Source: an uncultured SAR86 cluster bacterium
GTDB lineage: Bacteria; Pseudomonadota; Gammaproteobacteria; Magnimaribacterales; D2472
Length of the DNA stretch: 64,000 bases
Reading direction: 5' to 3'
NCBI GenBank assembly: GCA_902557645.1
Contig: CACEAP010000004.1
Coordinates: forward strand, 80,649-144,648
A program made the position numbers and the translations under genes. Shown here in pieces: positions 1-8,971 of this stretch. The notes below the pieces were generated by a model. The model saw only the letters and a list, made by a program, of their open reading frames with translations. It did no database searches and was not told the origin of the DNA. Every line of letters begins with the position of its first letter. The first letter of the stretch is position 1.

Positions 1-1
1 T

Positions 2-526
2 GAATTAAGTAGTGTTGAAATAAATGCGCTTACAATTTTTAACAATCAAAAAATACCTACCCTTCAAAGCGTGCTTGATGCTTTACCAGATACCTTATTT
101 CAGATAGATGTTAAGACCGATGATGTTGCTATACCGGCTTTGAAAGTTATTGAAAGTTGTAATGCATTAAATAGGGTCTGCATAGCAAGCTTTTCCAGCA
201 AAAGACTTGAAGTTGTAAGAAGCTTCTATCCAGATATATGCATATCCATGGGTCCAAATGAAATTATAAAAACCTTATTGGGAAGCTTTGGCTTGTATTC
301 GAAGCCTGTTCATGGAGATTGTCTTCAAGTACCGATATATCACTATGGTATAAAAATTGTTACTCAAAGATTTATTAATTATGTTCACTCAAAAGGCTTA
401 AAAATTATTGTTTGGACTATCAATGATACTAAGACTATGAAAAAGCTAATATCTATGGGTGTTGATGGAATTATTACCGATAAGCCCAAAGAATTAAAAG
501 ATCTTTTAATTAAGCAAAATACTTAG
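2..526 (+). CDS. glycerophosphodiester phosphodiesterase (GDPD family), 5' end cut by window edge
   Basis: The frame stays open from base 2 (…IPTLQSVLDALPDT…). The C-terminal IVWTINDTKTMKKLISMGVDGIITDKP is typical of GDPD/UgpQ-GlpQ enzymes. Confidence 0.7.
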   Translation, partial: ELSSVEINALTIFNNQKIPTLQSVLDALPDTLFQIDVKTDDVAIPALKVIESCNALNRVCIASFSSKRLEVVRSFYPDICISMGPNEIIKTLLGSFGLYSKPVHGDCLQVPIYHYGIKIVTQRFINYVHSKGLKIIVWTINDTKTMKKLISMGVDGIITDKPKELKDLLIKQNT

Positions 527-710
527 TTTTAAGTATAAGAAAAAATTTTTTTGCAAAATAATACAAAGGTAGTATTACTGCTGTTGTGATAAGTATCTCA
601 ATTGTATAACTATAATCTATTAAACTTCTTATGAAAGGCGCAACAACAAAGCCTGCAAATGCTCCTAAAATACTATAAAAGATTATTGATTCTTTACTCA
701 GAAGTTTCAT
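510..710 (-). CDS. small two-TM membrane protein, unknown function
   Basis: 66-aa hydrophobic ORF. Its ATG overlaps the stop region of the upstream MFS gene, suggesting translational coupling. No recognisable motif. Confidence 0.35.
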   Translation of the reverse strand: MKLLSKESIIFYSILGAFAGFVVAPFIRSLIDYSYTIEILITTAVILPLYYFAKKFFLILKTKYFA

Positions 711-1968
711 TAGGTTCTTTAATTTTTAACATTATAATTCCACCAGTAATAAACAATATAATAATAGGAATAAAAGCAATGGTAATGCTATCGAATAATG
801 TGATAAAAATAGCAACCAATGCGGGCCCTATAAAAGCCCCAGCTTTTCCAAAAGTATTAAAAAATCCAAAAAACTCACCTGTTTTTTCTTTTGGAACTAA
901 TTTTCCGAATAAGCTTCTTGAACAAGCCTGAATTCCGCCTTGAACAGAACCTACTCCAGCAGCAAGAATATAAAATTCAATTGCTGAAGACAGAGTTGTT
1001 GAATAAATAATTATAGCTATATATACAAGTATACTAATGTTAATAACCCATCTATCTCCATATTTAGCTGCAAGACGCGACCATATTAAAGTTGAAGGAA
1101 AAGCAACAAACTGAACAAGAATCAATCCAATAATAACCGCACTGCTATCGAGTCCTAAATTTAAAGCAAAAGTTGAAGCTAGCGCCATTACAGTATGAAC
1201 ACCATCAATATATAAAAAGAAGGCAAGTAAAAATAAAAATGCATTTTTATGCTCAGAGATATTCTTTAAAGTAATAAAAACTTGTTTAGATGATTCATTA
1301 ATTAAAGATTTTTGATATAAGGCGCTGCCTCTATCTTTATAATGCAAGACTAATGGTATTAAGAAGAACCCCCACCAAATAGAAACCATAATAAAAGACC
1401 AACGAATAGCCTCAGAAGCTCCAGAAAGTCCAAAGGATTCAGGATAAAGTGTCATAATCGCATTAACTAAGAATAATACTCCTCCGCCAAGATATCCAAA
1501 TGCAAATCCTAAACTAGATATTCTTGTTAATTGTGATTGAGGAGCTATTTGAACTAGCATTTTGTCATAAAGGATATTTCCTGCCGAAAAACAATAATTG
1601 GCGATTCCAAAAAATATTAAAGCTTGAAACCATGCACCTAGCTCAAGAGTGAATAGTAAAGCAACGCAAATAATAGAAATTAATGTAAAGCCAGTAAAAA
1701 GTCTTTTGGTTGTTCTCGATAGATCAGTTATAGATCCAATAATAGGTGCAGTAAATAATAAGGCTAAATTGCTAAAAGTTAGAGTCCAGCTGTAATAGGA
1801 TGCTGAAACAAGACTATCAACTCCCGAGGACCAGAATTCTTTATAAAAAATAGGAAAAAAAGCAGCAACAATGGTAGTTGCAAAAGCTGAATTACCTGCA
1901 TCGTATGCGATCCAAGCCTTAGACTCAGCATTTAATTTAAATTTAGCCATATTAGTTATTGATAACAA
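694..1968 (-). CDS. MFS transporter (UMF1/Atg22-like)
   Basis: 424 aa with about 12 hydrophobic segments. The N-terminal AWIAYDAGNSAFATTIVAAFFPIFY resembles the UMF1 subfamily of MFS transporters. Confidence 0.7.
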   Translation of the reverse strand: MLSITNMAKFKLNAESKAWIAYDAGNSAFATTIVAAFFPIFYKEFWSSGVDSLVSASYYSWTLTFSNLALLFTAPIIGSITDLSRTTKRLFTGFTLISIICVALLFTLELGAWFQALIFFGIANYCFSAGNILYDKMLVQIAPQSQLTRISSLGFAFGYLGGGVLFLVNAIMTLYPESFGLSGASEAIRWSFIMVSIWWGFFLIPLVLHYKDRGSALYQKSLINESSKQVFITLKNISEHKNAFLFLLAFFLYIDGVHTVMALASTFALNLGLDSSAVIIGLILVQFVAFPSTLIWSRLAAKYGDRWVINISILVYIAIIIYSTTLSSAIEFYILAAGVGSVQGGIQACSRSLFGKLVPKEKTGEFFGFFNTFGKAGAFIGPALVAIFITLFDSITIAFIPIIILFITGGIIMLKIKEPNETSE

Positions 1969-2046
1969 CTTTAATAATAAGCAATCATACCCTGAAATCC
2001 TTATTGAAATAAGTTAATTATTAAAGACAATCGAAATTAAAAAAAC

Positions 2047-2075
2047 TTGAATATCTAGAAAATTTTTCATATATT
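2047..2075 (+). promoter_or_regulatory. sigma70-like promoter for the small ORF at 2095
   Basis: TTGAAT (2047-2052), a 17-nt spacer, then TATATT (2070-2075). The RBS AAGGGAGAG lies 5 nt before the ATG. Confidence 0.45.
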
Positions 2076-2094
2076 TAAATTAAGGGAGAGTATT

Positions 2095-2199
2095 ATGAAT
2101 AATGATTCTGAAACAATGAAGCATGGTGCATACTTTGTATTAGGTATAGGCGCCTTGGTATTGGCGCTTGGAGTTGCTTCTGTATTTTACGTAGGTTAA
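2095..2199 (+). CDS. 34-aa single-TM small protein (below the ORF-track cutoff)
   Basis: MNNDSETMKHGAYFVLGIGALVLALGVASVFYVG* is preceded by a strong SD (GGGAGAG) and a good promoter. Confidence 0.4.
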   Translation: MNNDSETMKHGAYFVLGIGALVLALGVASVFYVG

Positions 2200-2203
2200 A
2201 AAT

Positions 2204-2539
2204 TTAACCTGGCGGCCAAGAAAAAGATCTGCCTGATAAGAGGTGTAAATGAAGGTGAAACACACTTTGGCCAGCCTTTGCACCATTGTTGATAACTAAC
2301 CTAAAAGCGTCCTCTACTCCAATTTCTCTTGCTACTTCTCCAGCAACCCACATAAGATGACCAAGTAATTCTTTATCAGCCTCTGAAGCATCTGCTACTT
2401 TTACAATAGGTTTTTTTGGAATAATTAAAAGATGAGTCGGAGCTTGGGGGTTTATATCTTTAAAGACCAAAGATATATCATCTTCATAAATAATATCTGC
2501 CGGTATTTCTTTATCAATAATTTTTTGAAATAAGGTCAT
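2204..2539 (-). CDS. hinT: HIT-family nucleotide hydrolase (HinT-like)
   Basis: Carries the histidine triad HLHLHLL. At 111 aa it has typical HinT length and layout. Confidence 0.88.
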   Translation of the reverse strand: MTLFQKIIDKEIPADIIYEDDISLVFKDINPQAPTHLLIIPKKPIVKVADASEADKELLGHLMWVAGEVAREIGVEDAFRLVINNGAKAGQSVFHLHLHLLSGRSFSWPPG

Positions 2540-2730
2540 TAAATAAAAAATCGAATGACTATTCTAAAAACTATATAAAAAATTGCAGTGGTCATTGCTA
2601 AAGCTAGGACAATAACAAATAGATCTCTTATGATCTGAATGAATCTACCTGATCGTTTTGCTTTAAGAAGTTGTTGAAATAGAAAAACTATTGCAATAAC
2701 GCTTAAGAATAAAATTACTATATTTATCAT
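2539..2730 (-). CDS. small membrane protein, unknown
   Basis: 63 aa with two hydrophobic helices. Its stop overlaps the hinT start (TAATG). It lies between dedA and hinT on the same strand. Confidence 0.4.
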   Translation of the reverse strand: MINIVILFLSVIAIVFLFQQLLKAKRSGRFIQIIRDLFVIVLALAMTTAIFYIVFRIVIRFFI

Positions 2731-2736
2731 AATTTA

Positions 2737-3243
2737 TTAACTAAAAATTGATCCAATTCCAATTACTAAAAAACCTAGTGCAGTACCCCACAATAAACAG
2801 GCTATTACATCTGCAATATAAAATCTTAACGCTTTTACATCTGAAATTCCAAGTAAAAAAGGTGTTAATGCTCTTATCGCTGGAACAAATCTTCCAAAAA
2901 GAACAGTATAAGGACCAAATTTATCTAAAAATTTTTGTGCCTTGATTATAGTCTTCTGACGTTTTTGCAAAATTTTGGAACTTAACAACTGTGGTCCAAT
3001 TGTTTTACCAAGAAAAAAACTTGATAAGTCGCCTAAATGGGCACCGAGTATAGCTAATGGCACAATGGAAAAAACACTCAATGCACCCATGTTGTATAGC
3101 AAGATGCAAATAGAAAAAAGAATTGCAGATGAAATAAATATTCCTGTAATTAAAAAAGATTCTGCAAACGCAAAAAAAATAATAATCATCCAGGAATACT
3201 CAATATTATTAAGTAGAAATTCTTGTATTGATTCAAAGCTCAT
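2737..3243 (-). CDS. DedA-family (SNARE-associated/VTT) membrane protein
   Basis: 168 aa with a DedA-like core: …FGPYTVLFGRFVPAIRALTPFLLGIS…. Confidence 0.8.
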   Translation of the reverse strand: MSFESIQEFLLNNIEYSWMIIIFFAFAESFLITGIFISSAILFSICILLYNMGALSVFSIVPLAILGAHLGDLSSFFLGKTIGPQLLSSKILQKRQKTIIKAQKFLDKFGPYTVLFGRFVPAIRALTPFLLGISDVKALRFYIADVIACLLWGTALGFLVIGIGSIFS

Positions 3244-3315
3244 AATAAGAGAGGCATTATAGCAGTTGAATATTAGCCAGAGATAAAATATTGTATCTAT
3301 AAATATGGTAAAACA

Positions 3316-4434
3316 ATGATTGAAAAATTCCCGATTAATGTTAAAGACTCAGAAATTGAGTTGCTACATAACAAAATAAAACTTACCCGCTGGCCAGATG
3401 AGGTCAATGATTCAAAGTGGTCACATGGCACTAGTTTAGCGTTTATGCAAAAGGTTGCTGACTATTGGGTAGATAACTTTGATTGGCGACATCATGAAAA
3501 GCTGCTTAATGATATAGGTAGTTATAAATTTAAAACCCAATCTGGGATTAAGCTGCATTTTCTGCATAAACCATCAACAAACCCTAATGCCATTCCTTTA
3601 ATGCTAACTCATGGCTGGCCAGGTAGTGTCCAAGAGTTTATTAAACTAATACCTATATTAGAAAAAGATAACGATATTGATTTTCATATTGTATGTCCTT
3701 CTTTAGTTGGGTTTGGATTCTCAGATGCTGCAAAAGAGCCTGGCATGAGCTCAGAGGAGATTGCAAAACTTCAACATGAATTGATGTTAGAGCTTGGTTA
3801 TACAAAATATGTAGTACAAGGTGGTGATTGGGGTTCAACAGTAAGCAAATGGATGGCTGAACTCTTCCCTGAATCTTGTATGGGTATACATTTAAATCTA
3901 ATCATTGCATGGCCTCCTCCAGATGCAGACCCTCTGGAAGGTTTAACAGCTAATGAAATAGCTGGATTAAAAAATCATGAAAAATATCAAGCCATTGGAT
4001 CGGGCTATTATGCAATTCAAAGTACAAAGCCCCAAACTTTAGGATATGGTCTAAATGACTCGCCTATTGGATTAGCTGCCTGGATTATAGAGAAGTTTCA
4101 TGCATGGACAGATGATGAGAATGATAAGTTGATTATTGATCTAGATGAAGTTTTGGCAATTGTTTCACTCTATTGGTTTACAGAATCCATAACTTCATCA
4201 GCGCGAATATATAAAGCTAATGGAGGCACCGGCTTTTCCTTTAATTCAATTGAAACTCCATTTGCAGGTGCTATTTTTAACAATGAAATTATTAAACCTC
4301 CAAGAGCTTGGGCTGAAAAGATTTATAACATAGTGCAATGGAATGAATTTGATGGCGGTCATTTTGCAGCCATAGAAAACCCAGACGTTTTAGCAGCTGA
4401 TATTATAAGTTTTGTTAAAAAATTAGAGCTCTAA
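3316..4434 (+). CDS. epoxide hydrolase-like alpha/beta hydrolase (EHN N-terminal domain type)
   Basis: Oxyanion motif HGWPGS, nucleophile elbow GGDWGS, and an N-terminal LTRWPDE… region typical of microsomal-type epoxide hydrolases. Confidence 0.85.
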   Translation: MIEKFPINVKDSEIELLHNKIKLTRWPDEVNDSKWSHGTSLAFMQKVADYWVDNFDWRHHEKLLNDIGSYKFKTQSGIKLHFLHKPSTNPNAIPLMLTHGWPGSVQEFIKLIPILEKDNDIDFHIVCPSLVGFGFSDAAKEPGMSSEEIAKLQHELMLELGYTKYVVQGGDWGSTVSKWMAELFPESCMGIHLNLIIAWPPPDADPLEGLTANEIAGLKNHEKYQAIGSGYYAIQSTKPQTLGYGLNDSPIGLAAWIIEKFHAWTDDENDKLIIDLDEVLAIVSLYWFTESITSSARIYKANGGTGFSFNSIETPFAGAIFNNEIIKPPRAWAEKIYNIVQWNEFDGGHFAAIENPDVLAADIISFVKKLEL

Positions 4435-4452
4435 TTTTATTATGTATAAAGA

Positions 4453-5049
4453 TTAATCTTTTTGCGCTATGCAGCTTAAAAGATATGCATATGATGCTCT
4501 GTGTGCTTCTGATTTACCTATCTGATTTAGTTCACCATTTTCTTTAATATTCAAAGACAAGATTGATATTATAATTTGCACCATAACAAGAAATACACCC
4601 TCTTTATTAAACATTGCTGGAAGCTTAATATTGGTTTCAATATAAGAAATTATTTGTGATGCCAATTGATGTAAAGTTTCAGATTGTACTGGAGGAGAAA
4701 CTGTATTTTGTAAAATAAGTTTTTGAGCGCCAATGTTTGAAGAGAAAAAATTAAATATTCTGATAACAGACTCTTCGGTTGCTTTAGATAAATCATCATA
4801 AATATCTTGATTGTCTGTTTGCAGAAAATTCTGAGAGCATTCTTGAATATATCTTTGAACTAATAATTCTTTTACATCATCCGGATTAGCAAAAAATTTA
4901 TAAGTTGAAGTTCTTTTTAAATCTGAATAAATTGCTAAATTAGAGATAGTTATATCTTCAGTATTTTTAGTTAAGAGGATTTGATGAGCAGCTTCAATGA
5001 TCTTAGCTACCCTTAATTTACTTCTCTCTTGTTTAGCACTTACGCCCAT
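4453..5049 (-). CDS. TetR-family transcriptional regulator
   Basis: 198 aa with an N-terminal HTH region (ITISNLAIYSDLKRTSTYKFFANPDD) in the usual TetR position. Confidence 0.75.
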   Translation of the reverse strand: MGVSAKQERSKLRVAKIIEAAHQILLTKNTEDITISNLAIYSDLKRTSTYKFFANPDDVKELLVQRYIQECSQNFLQTDNQDIYDDLSKATEESVIRIFNFFSSNIGAQKLILQNTVSPPVQSETLHQLASQIISYIETNIKLPAMFNKEGVFLVMVQIIISILSLNIKENGELNQIGKSEAHRASYAYLLSCIAQKD

Positions 5050-5178
5050 AATCTAATTATGGACAAATGTTGAAAAAAGTAAATTAAGAAATGGTAAAAA
5101 ACTACCTAAAATTTATATTCAAAACCAATTGACACAAATGTAATATCATCAAATGATGTAATTCAGTTTATCAATAAA

Positions 5179-6255
5179 TTAGAGCTCTAGTGCTTTAATT
5201 ACCTCTTCAAATGAAACATATTTAAAATTCTGCCTTTTAACTATTTTCTTTCCATCATTTGTACCGTCTTGAACTACTAGCAAGCCCTTTGGATATTTAC
5301 TATTAAGCCTTGTACTAACTACATCAATACCGTCAGTGTCATTTACATTATCAATTTTTTCTGAGTGCCCAATCTTAAAGCTACCTAAATAGTTATAAGG
5401 CTCTTTACGATTATATACATTAAATGAATTATCCCCTTGAGACGAAAGTAAAATATAACCATCATAGATTGATGTTTTATAGATAGTAACTCCCTCAGGA
5501 TCATCATCAATGTTTCCTGATCTTGAATCAATAATCACAGGATTGGAGAAGTCTAAGTTTGAATTTATTTTATATGCTCTGAGTATTCCTCTATCCTGCT
5601 CTTCAGAGATTAACAGGGTTCTGTTTTCATCATCATAAACACAGCCCTCTGATTGAGCAGCATTTGCATTATTAAAAGTTTTTAATAAAAGTAAGCCATT
5701 CTCGTTATAAGACCACATTTGAACTCTAGAGCCCTCATCTTCGGTTATAAAAGCTATCACACCAAACTCTTGATCATATCCAGCACAAACCCCATATACA
5801 ATCATATTAGTACTACCCTTAAAAGAAGGATTGTTTTCAATATTAAATTTTTTTGATTTAGATAAAGCATCCATTGCTTCATCTTCATATATCCACAAGT
5901 CCAAAGTGCTAGTTGTTCTATTTGAAGCAAAAATAAATGTATATGAGCCAAAGTCATCTAAATTAACTGACCTAAGATCAATGTTATTTATATTCCCTAA
6001 TTTTGTGTAGCCAATTTTATTTGCATTTAAATCATATGTATAAACTCCACTTTTTTTATCAGTTCCAAAAATAAGTGAATTAGTAGTTGATATATTATTT
6101 ATCCATATTGCTGGATCATCAGCTGCGTCGCCTTTGGTTATGACCTGAGGAGTTTCAGCATTTGGCCTTACAACATATACGATTTTGTCTTCAGGATCAC
6201 CCAACACAAAAAATGAAAAACAAATTAGAAATGAGAAATATAATTTTTTTAGCAT
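5179..6255 (-). CDS. beta-propeller phytase (3-phytase, BPP family), secreted
   Basis: Sec signal peptide without a lipobox. AADDPAIW, DPEGV and the 358-aa length match Bacillus PhyC-type beta-propeller phytases. Confidence 0.8.
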   Translation of the reverse strand: MLKKLYFSFLICFSFFVLGDPEDKIVYVVRPNAETPQVITKGDAADDPAIWINNISTTNSLIFGTDKKSGVYTYDLNANKIGYTKLGNINNIDLRSVNLDDFGSYTFIFASNRTTSTLDLWIYEDEAMDALSKSKKFNIENNPSFKGSTNMIVYGVCAGYDQEFGVIAFITEDEGSRVQMWSYNENGLLLLKTFNNANAAQSEGCVYDDENRTLLISEEQDRGILRAYKINSNLDFSNPVIIDSRSGNIDDDPEGVTIYKTSIYDGYILLSSQGDNSFNVYNRKEPYNYLGSFKIGHSEKIDNVNDTDGIDVVSTRLNSKYPKGLLVVQDGTNDGKKIVKRQNFKYVSFEEVIKALEL

Positions 6256-6267
6256 AAATAAATTTTA

Positions 6268-6296
6268 AATAAAAAAGGCAACGTTTTCACGTTACC
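6268..6296 (-). terminator. Rho-independent terminator after the 845-aa TonB-dependent receptor
   Basis: The minus strand reads GGTAACG-tgaaaa-CGTTGCC followed by TTTTTTATT. It ends only about 12 nt before the phytase ATG. Confidence 0.6.
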
Positions 6297-6315
6297 TTTT
6301 TGAGTTTAACTAGAA

Positions 6316-8853
6316 TTACAGATTATATCTTATACCAATGGAATATGTTCTACCGTACTCATCATATTGGGATAACCTGTTAGGAGTTCCCCAATAATAA
6401 AATTCTGGTTCATCTGTAATATTACTAATATCAAATTTGATACTCACTTGATCATTAATCTTGTACTTAAGATTAAAGTCTATTTGAGTATGATCATCAG
6501 TGTATCTAATATTATTATTATCTAAATCTTCCTGGATAGTTTCACTATCATCATCAGCAAGATAATCCAAATAAGGAGATCTTGAAACAGCTGATAATCT
6601 GATATCAAACTTATTTTTATCATAACCTATAGAAATGTTTGAAACGTCTTCTGATAATTTTCTAAATGGAAAACTCACAGTTCCGTTATCTACAGCTAGG
6701 GAAGAATTTCCATCAGTTTTTGTAAAATTCATTGAAATAAACAAACCATCAATAGGTTCAGGCAGCATATTTAGCTCTTGAAATATATTTAATTCAAAAC
6801 CATCAACATCAGAGTCATCTGTATTTACAAAAGTTAATAATTCATCAAAAAACAAGCCATTTACAGTTGTATTAGCGACTGCGAGTGGATAGATTGCATT
6901 TTCAATATCTTTCTTAAAATATCCAAATGATGCAAATGAGCCGTCACCGTAATACTCAATTGATAAATCAAAATTAGTTGCTTCATACGGGTCAAGATCC
7001 GGATTACCCATCTCACCTCGATAATTACCATCATCTCTTTCAGTTATGTCTGCTATTAAGTTTGCTTTACCAAAGCCTGGTCTGGATAACGCTCTCCAAA
7101 CTGCGCCTCTTATAATAGTTTGATCATTAAGGAAATATTTTACATTCAAGCTAGGAGATACAAATGTATAACTTTTTGATGCAGTTAAAACATCATTTAC
7201 ATCACCATCATTATATCCAAGAGTATCGTAATCTGTATCTTCAACTCTGATACCTGCAATTACAACTGCCTTATCAAAATCCATTGTACCCATAAAATAT
7301 AATGCTGTGATATCTTCATTGGTAGTAAAATCTTCTTCATAATTATCATAGTCAGGTCCACCTGTATATTGGCCTTTTCTTGCATATAAAAGGTTATGAT
7401 CAGCATGAGGACCATAAGCTTGTCCAGCAAATGGCCATGATCTTATGTATGGTGCAAATTCAGATTGAAGTAAAGCTTGCACATCATCATCATCAACTTC
7501 TATTGCATTGCTATCACCTTTTTTCTCTCTAGATCTATATTTAAAACCATACTTTAGTGTTGTTGGAACATCCATAAACATAAATCCATCTTTTGTCATA
7601 TCTATACTAAATGCTGTTTCAGTATCTTTTATTAGACTCCAATCTTCTTCCCATGCATCAACATTTAAATCACCATAAAGCACACTTTGAGCGTATGAGG
7701 TAAGAGCTAAACCAACTTTTTGAGGATTCTGATAAAAGAAAGTACCACAAGGACCTCCACAGTCATCGGTATCAATCCTCTCACTTCTAAATGTTACATC
7801 GACGTTATCTGTATCATTTTCTTCAGCATAAGAATGGCTAAACTGTATTTCTGCAAACCAATCATTTATTAGAGTTTCTCCACCAAGTATTACAGTTCTA
7901 ATATCTCGTGTTTCAATTCTTTTTCTAACTTCAGCATCTCTTCTTATTCTATTAATTTCACTTGAGCCTGCAAATACGTTACCTGTTCTAAGAGAACCAA
8001 ACTCTTCTTTGTTTCTTAATTCATCATCCTCGTAATGGTTATATAAAAAGTTTGCATAAACTGAGGTGTTATCATCAATCACCATATCAATATCATAAGT
8101 AACACCAGTTCTCTCTCTTGTTAAATCATAAAATCTCATTTCCCAATCGTCATCAAGAAAGATATTACCATTGTCGGTATCCCATGCAGGAAAACCTGTT
8201 TCGTTATTGTAGGTAACTATTTGTTTGTTAGCATAAGTAACACCAAGAACATGACCAACAGTATCTGAAATCATGGATCCATAAGTTAAGGCCATTTTTG
8301 GATTATCAGAATTTTCTGATTGTGTGTTATATGAAGTATCTAGCTTTGCTTTGAATAATGTACCATCAAGTGAAGTTGCTCTCTTTGTATTAAATTCAAT
8401 TCTGCCACCTATTGAGTCAGCATCTTGATCAGGAGTTAGTGTTTTATAAACCTCAATTGAATCAAGTAACTCTGTTGGTAATCCATCAAGCATGACTGTT
8501 CTTCCACCCTCTGGAGCAGGAACAAGTGCTCCGTTTACCGCAATTGAATTTAGGTCACCAGATATGCCTCTAATATTTACGTATCTACCTTCACCTTGAT
8601 CGTTTTCAACTGAAATGCCTGATAGTCTTCTAATGGCTTCAGCTGCAGTTGTATCCGGGAAATCACCTAAAGCATCTGAGTCAACAATTGACACTACTTG
8701 ATTTGATTCTCTTTGTTTATCAATAGCAGAAATGATACTTGCTTTGGTGCCTATTACAACAAGTTCCTCTACTATACTATCAGTATTAGATGCTTCATCT
8801 TGGGCAAATATAAATGGCGTTATTGTGAATAAAGTTAAAAGTGATTTTTTCAT
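6316..8853 (-). CDS. TonB-dependent outer-membrane receptor
   Basis: Signal peptide, a plug region (EELVVIGTKAS…VSIVDSDALGDFPDTTAAEAIRRLSGISV, NIRG), and a long beta-barrel. Confidence 0.9.
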   Translation of the reverse strand: MKKSLLTLFTITPFIFAQDEASNTDSIVEELVVIGTKASIISAIDKQRESNQVVSIVDSDALGDFPDTTAAEAIRRLSGISVENDQGEGRYVNIRGISGDLNSIAVNGALVPAPEGGRTVMLDGLPTELLDSIEVYKTLTPDQDADSIGGRIEFNTKRATSLDGTLFKAKLDTSYNTQSENSDNPKMALTYGSMISDTVGHVLGVTYANKQIVTYNNETGFPAWDTDNGNIFLDDDWEMRFYDLTRERTGVTYDIDMVIDDNTSVYANFLYNHYEDDELRNKEEFGSLRTGNVFAGSSEINRIRRDAEVRKRIETRDIRTVILGGETLINDWFAEIQFSHSYAEENDTDNVDVTFRSERIDTDDCGGPCGTFFYQNPQKVGLALTSYAQSVLYGDLNVDAWEEDWSLIKDTETAFSIDMTKDGFMFMDVPTTLKYGFKYRSREKKGDSNAIEVDDDDVQALLQSEFAPYIRSWPFAGQAYGPHADHNLLYARKGQYTGGPDYDNYEEDFTTNEDITALYFMGTMDFDKAVVIAGIRVEDTDYDTLGYNDGDVNDVLTASKSYTFVSPSLNVKYFLNDQTIIRGAVWRALSRPGFGKANLIADITERDDGNYRGEMGNPDLDPYEATNFDLSIEYYGDGSFASFGYFKKDIENAIYPLAVANTTVNGLFFDELLTFVNTDDSDVDGFELNIFQELNMLPEPIDGLFISMNFTKTDGNSSLAVDNGTVSFPFRKLSEDVSNISIGYDKNKFDIRLSAVSRSPYLDYLADDDSETIQEDLDNNNIRYTDDHTQIDFNLKYKINDQVSIKFDISNITDEPEFYYWGTPNRLSQYDEYGRTYSIGIRYNL

Positions 8854-8916
8854 AAGTTTAATAATTATTTAATTTGATCAACATACAAATAATTTGTTAC
8901 GTAGATAAAGATATAA

Positions 8917-8934
8917 TGTGACAATCATGTAACA
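8917..8934 (-). promoter_or_regulatory. Pho-box-like direct repeat upstream of the receptor at 6316-8853
   Basis: The minus strand reads TGTTACA-TGAT-TGTCACA (7+4+7), 64-81 nt upstream of the ATG. The E. coli Pho-box pattern is CTGTCAT-4 nt-CTGTCAY. Confidence 0.55.
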
Positions 8935-8971
8935 ATTTAGAGCTTATTTATATTTATTTATATATCTCTTA

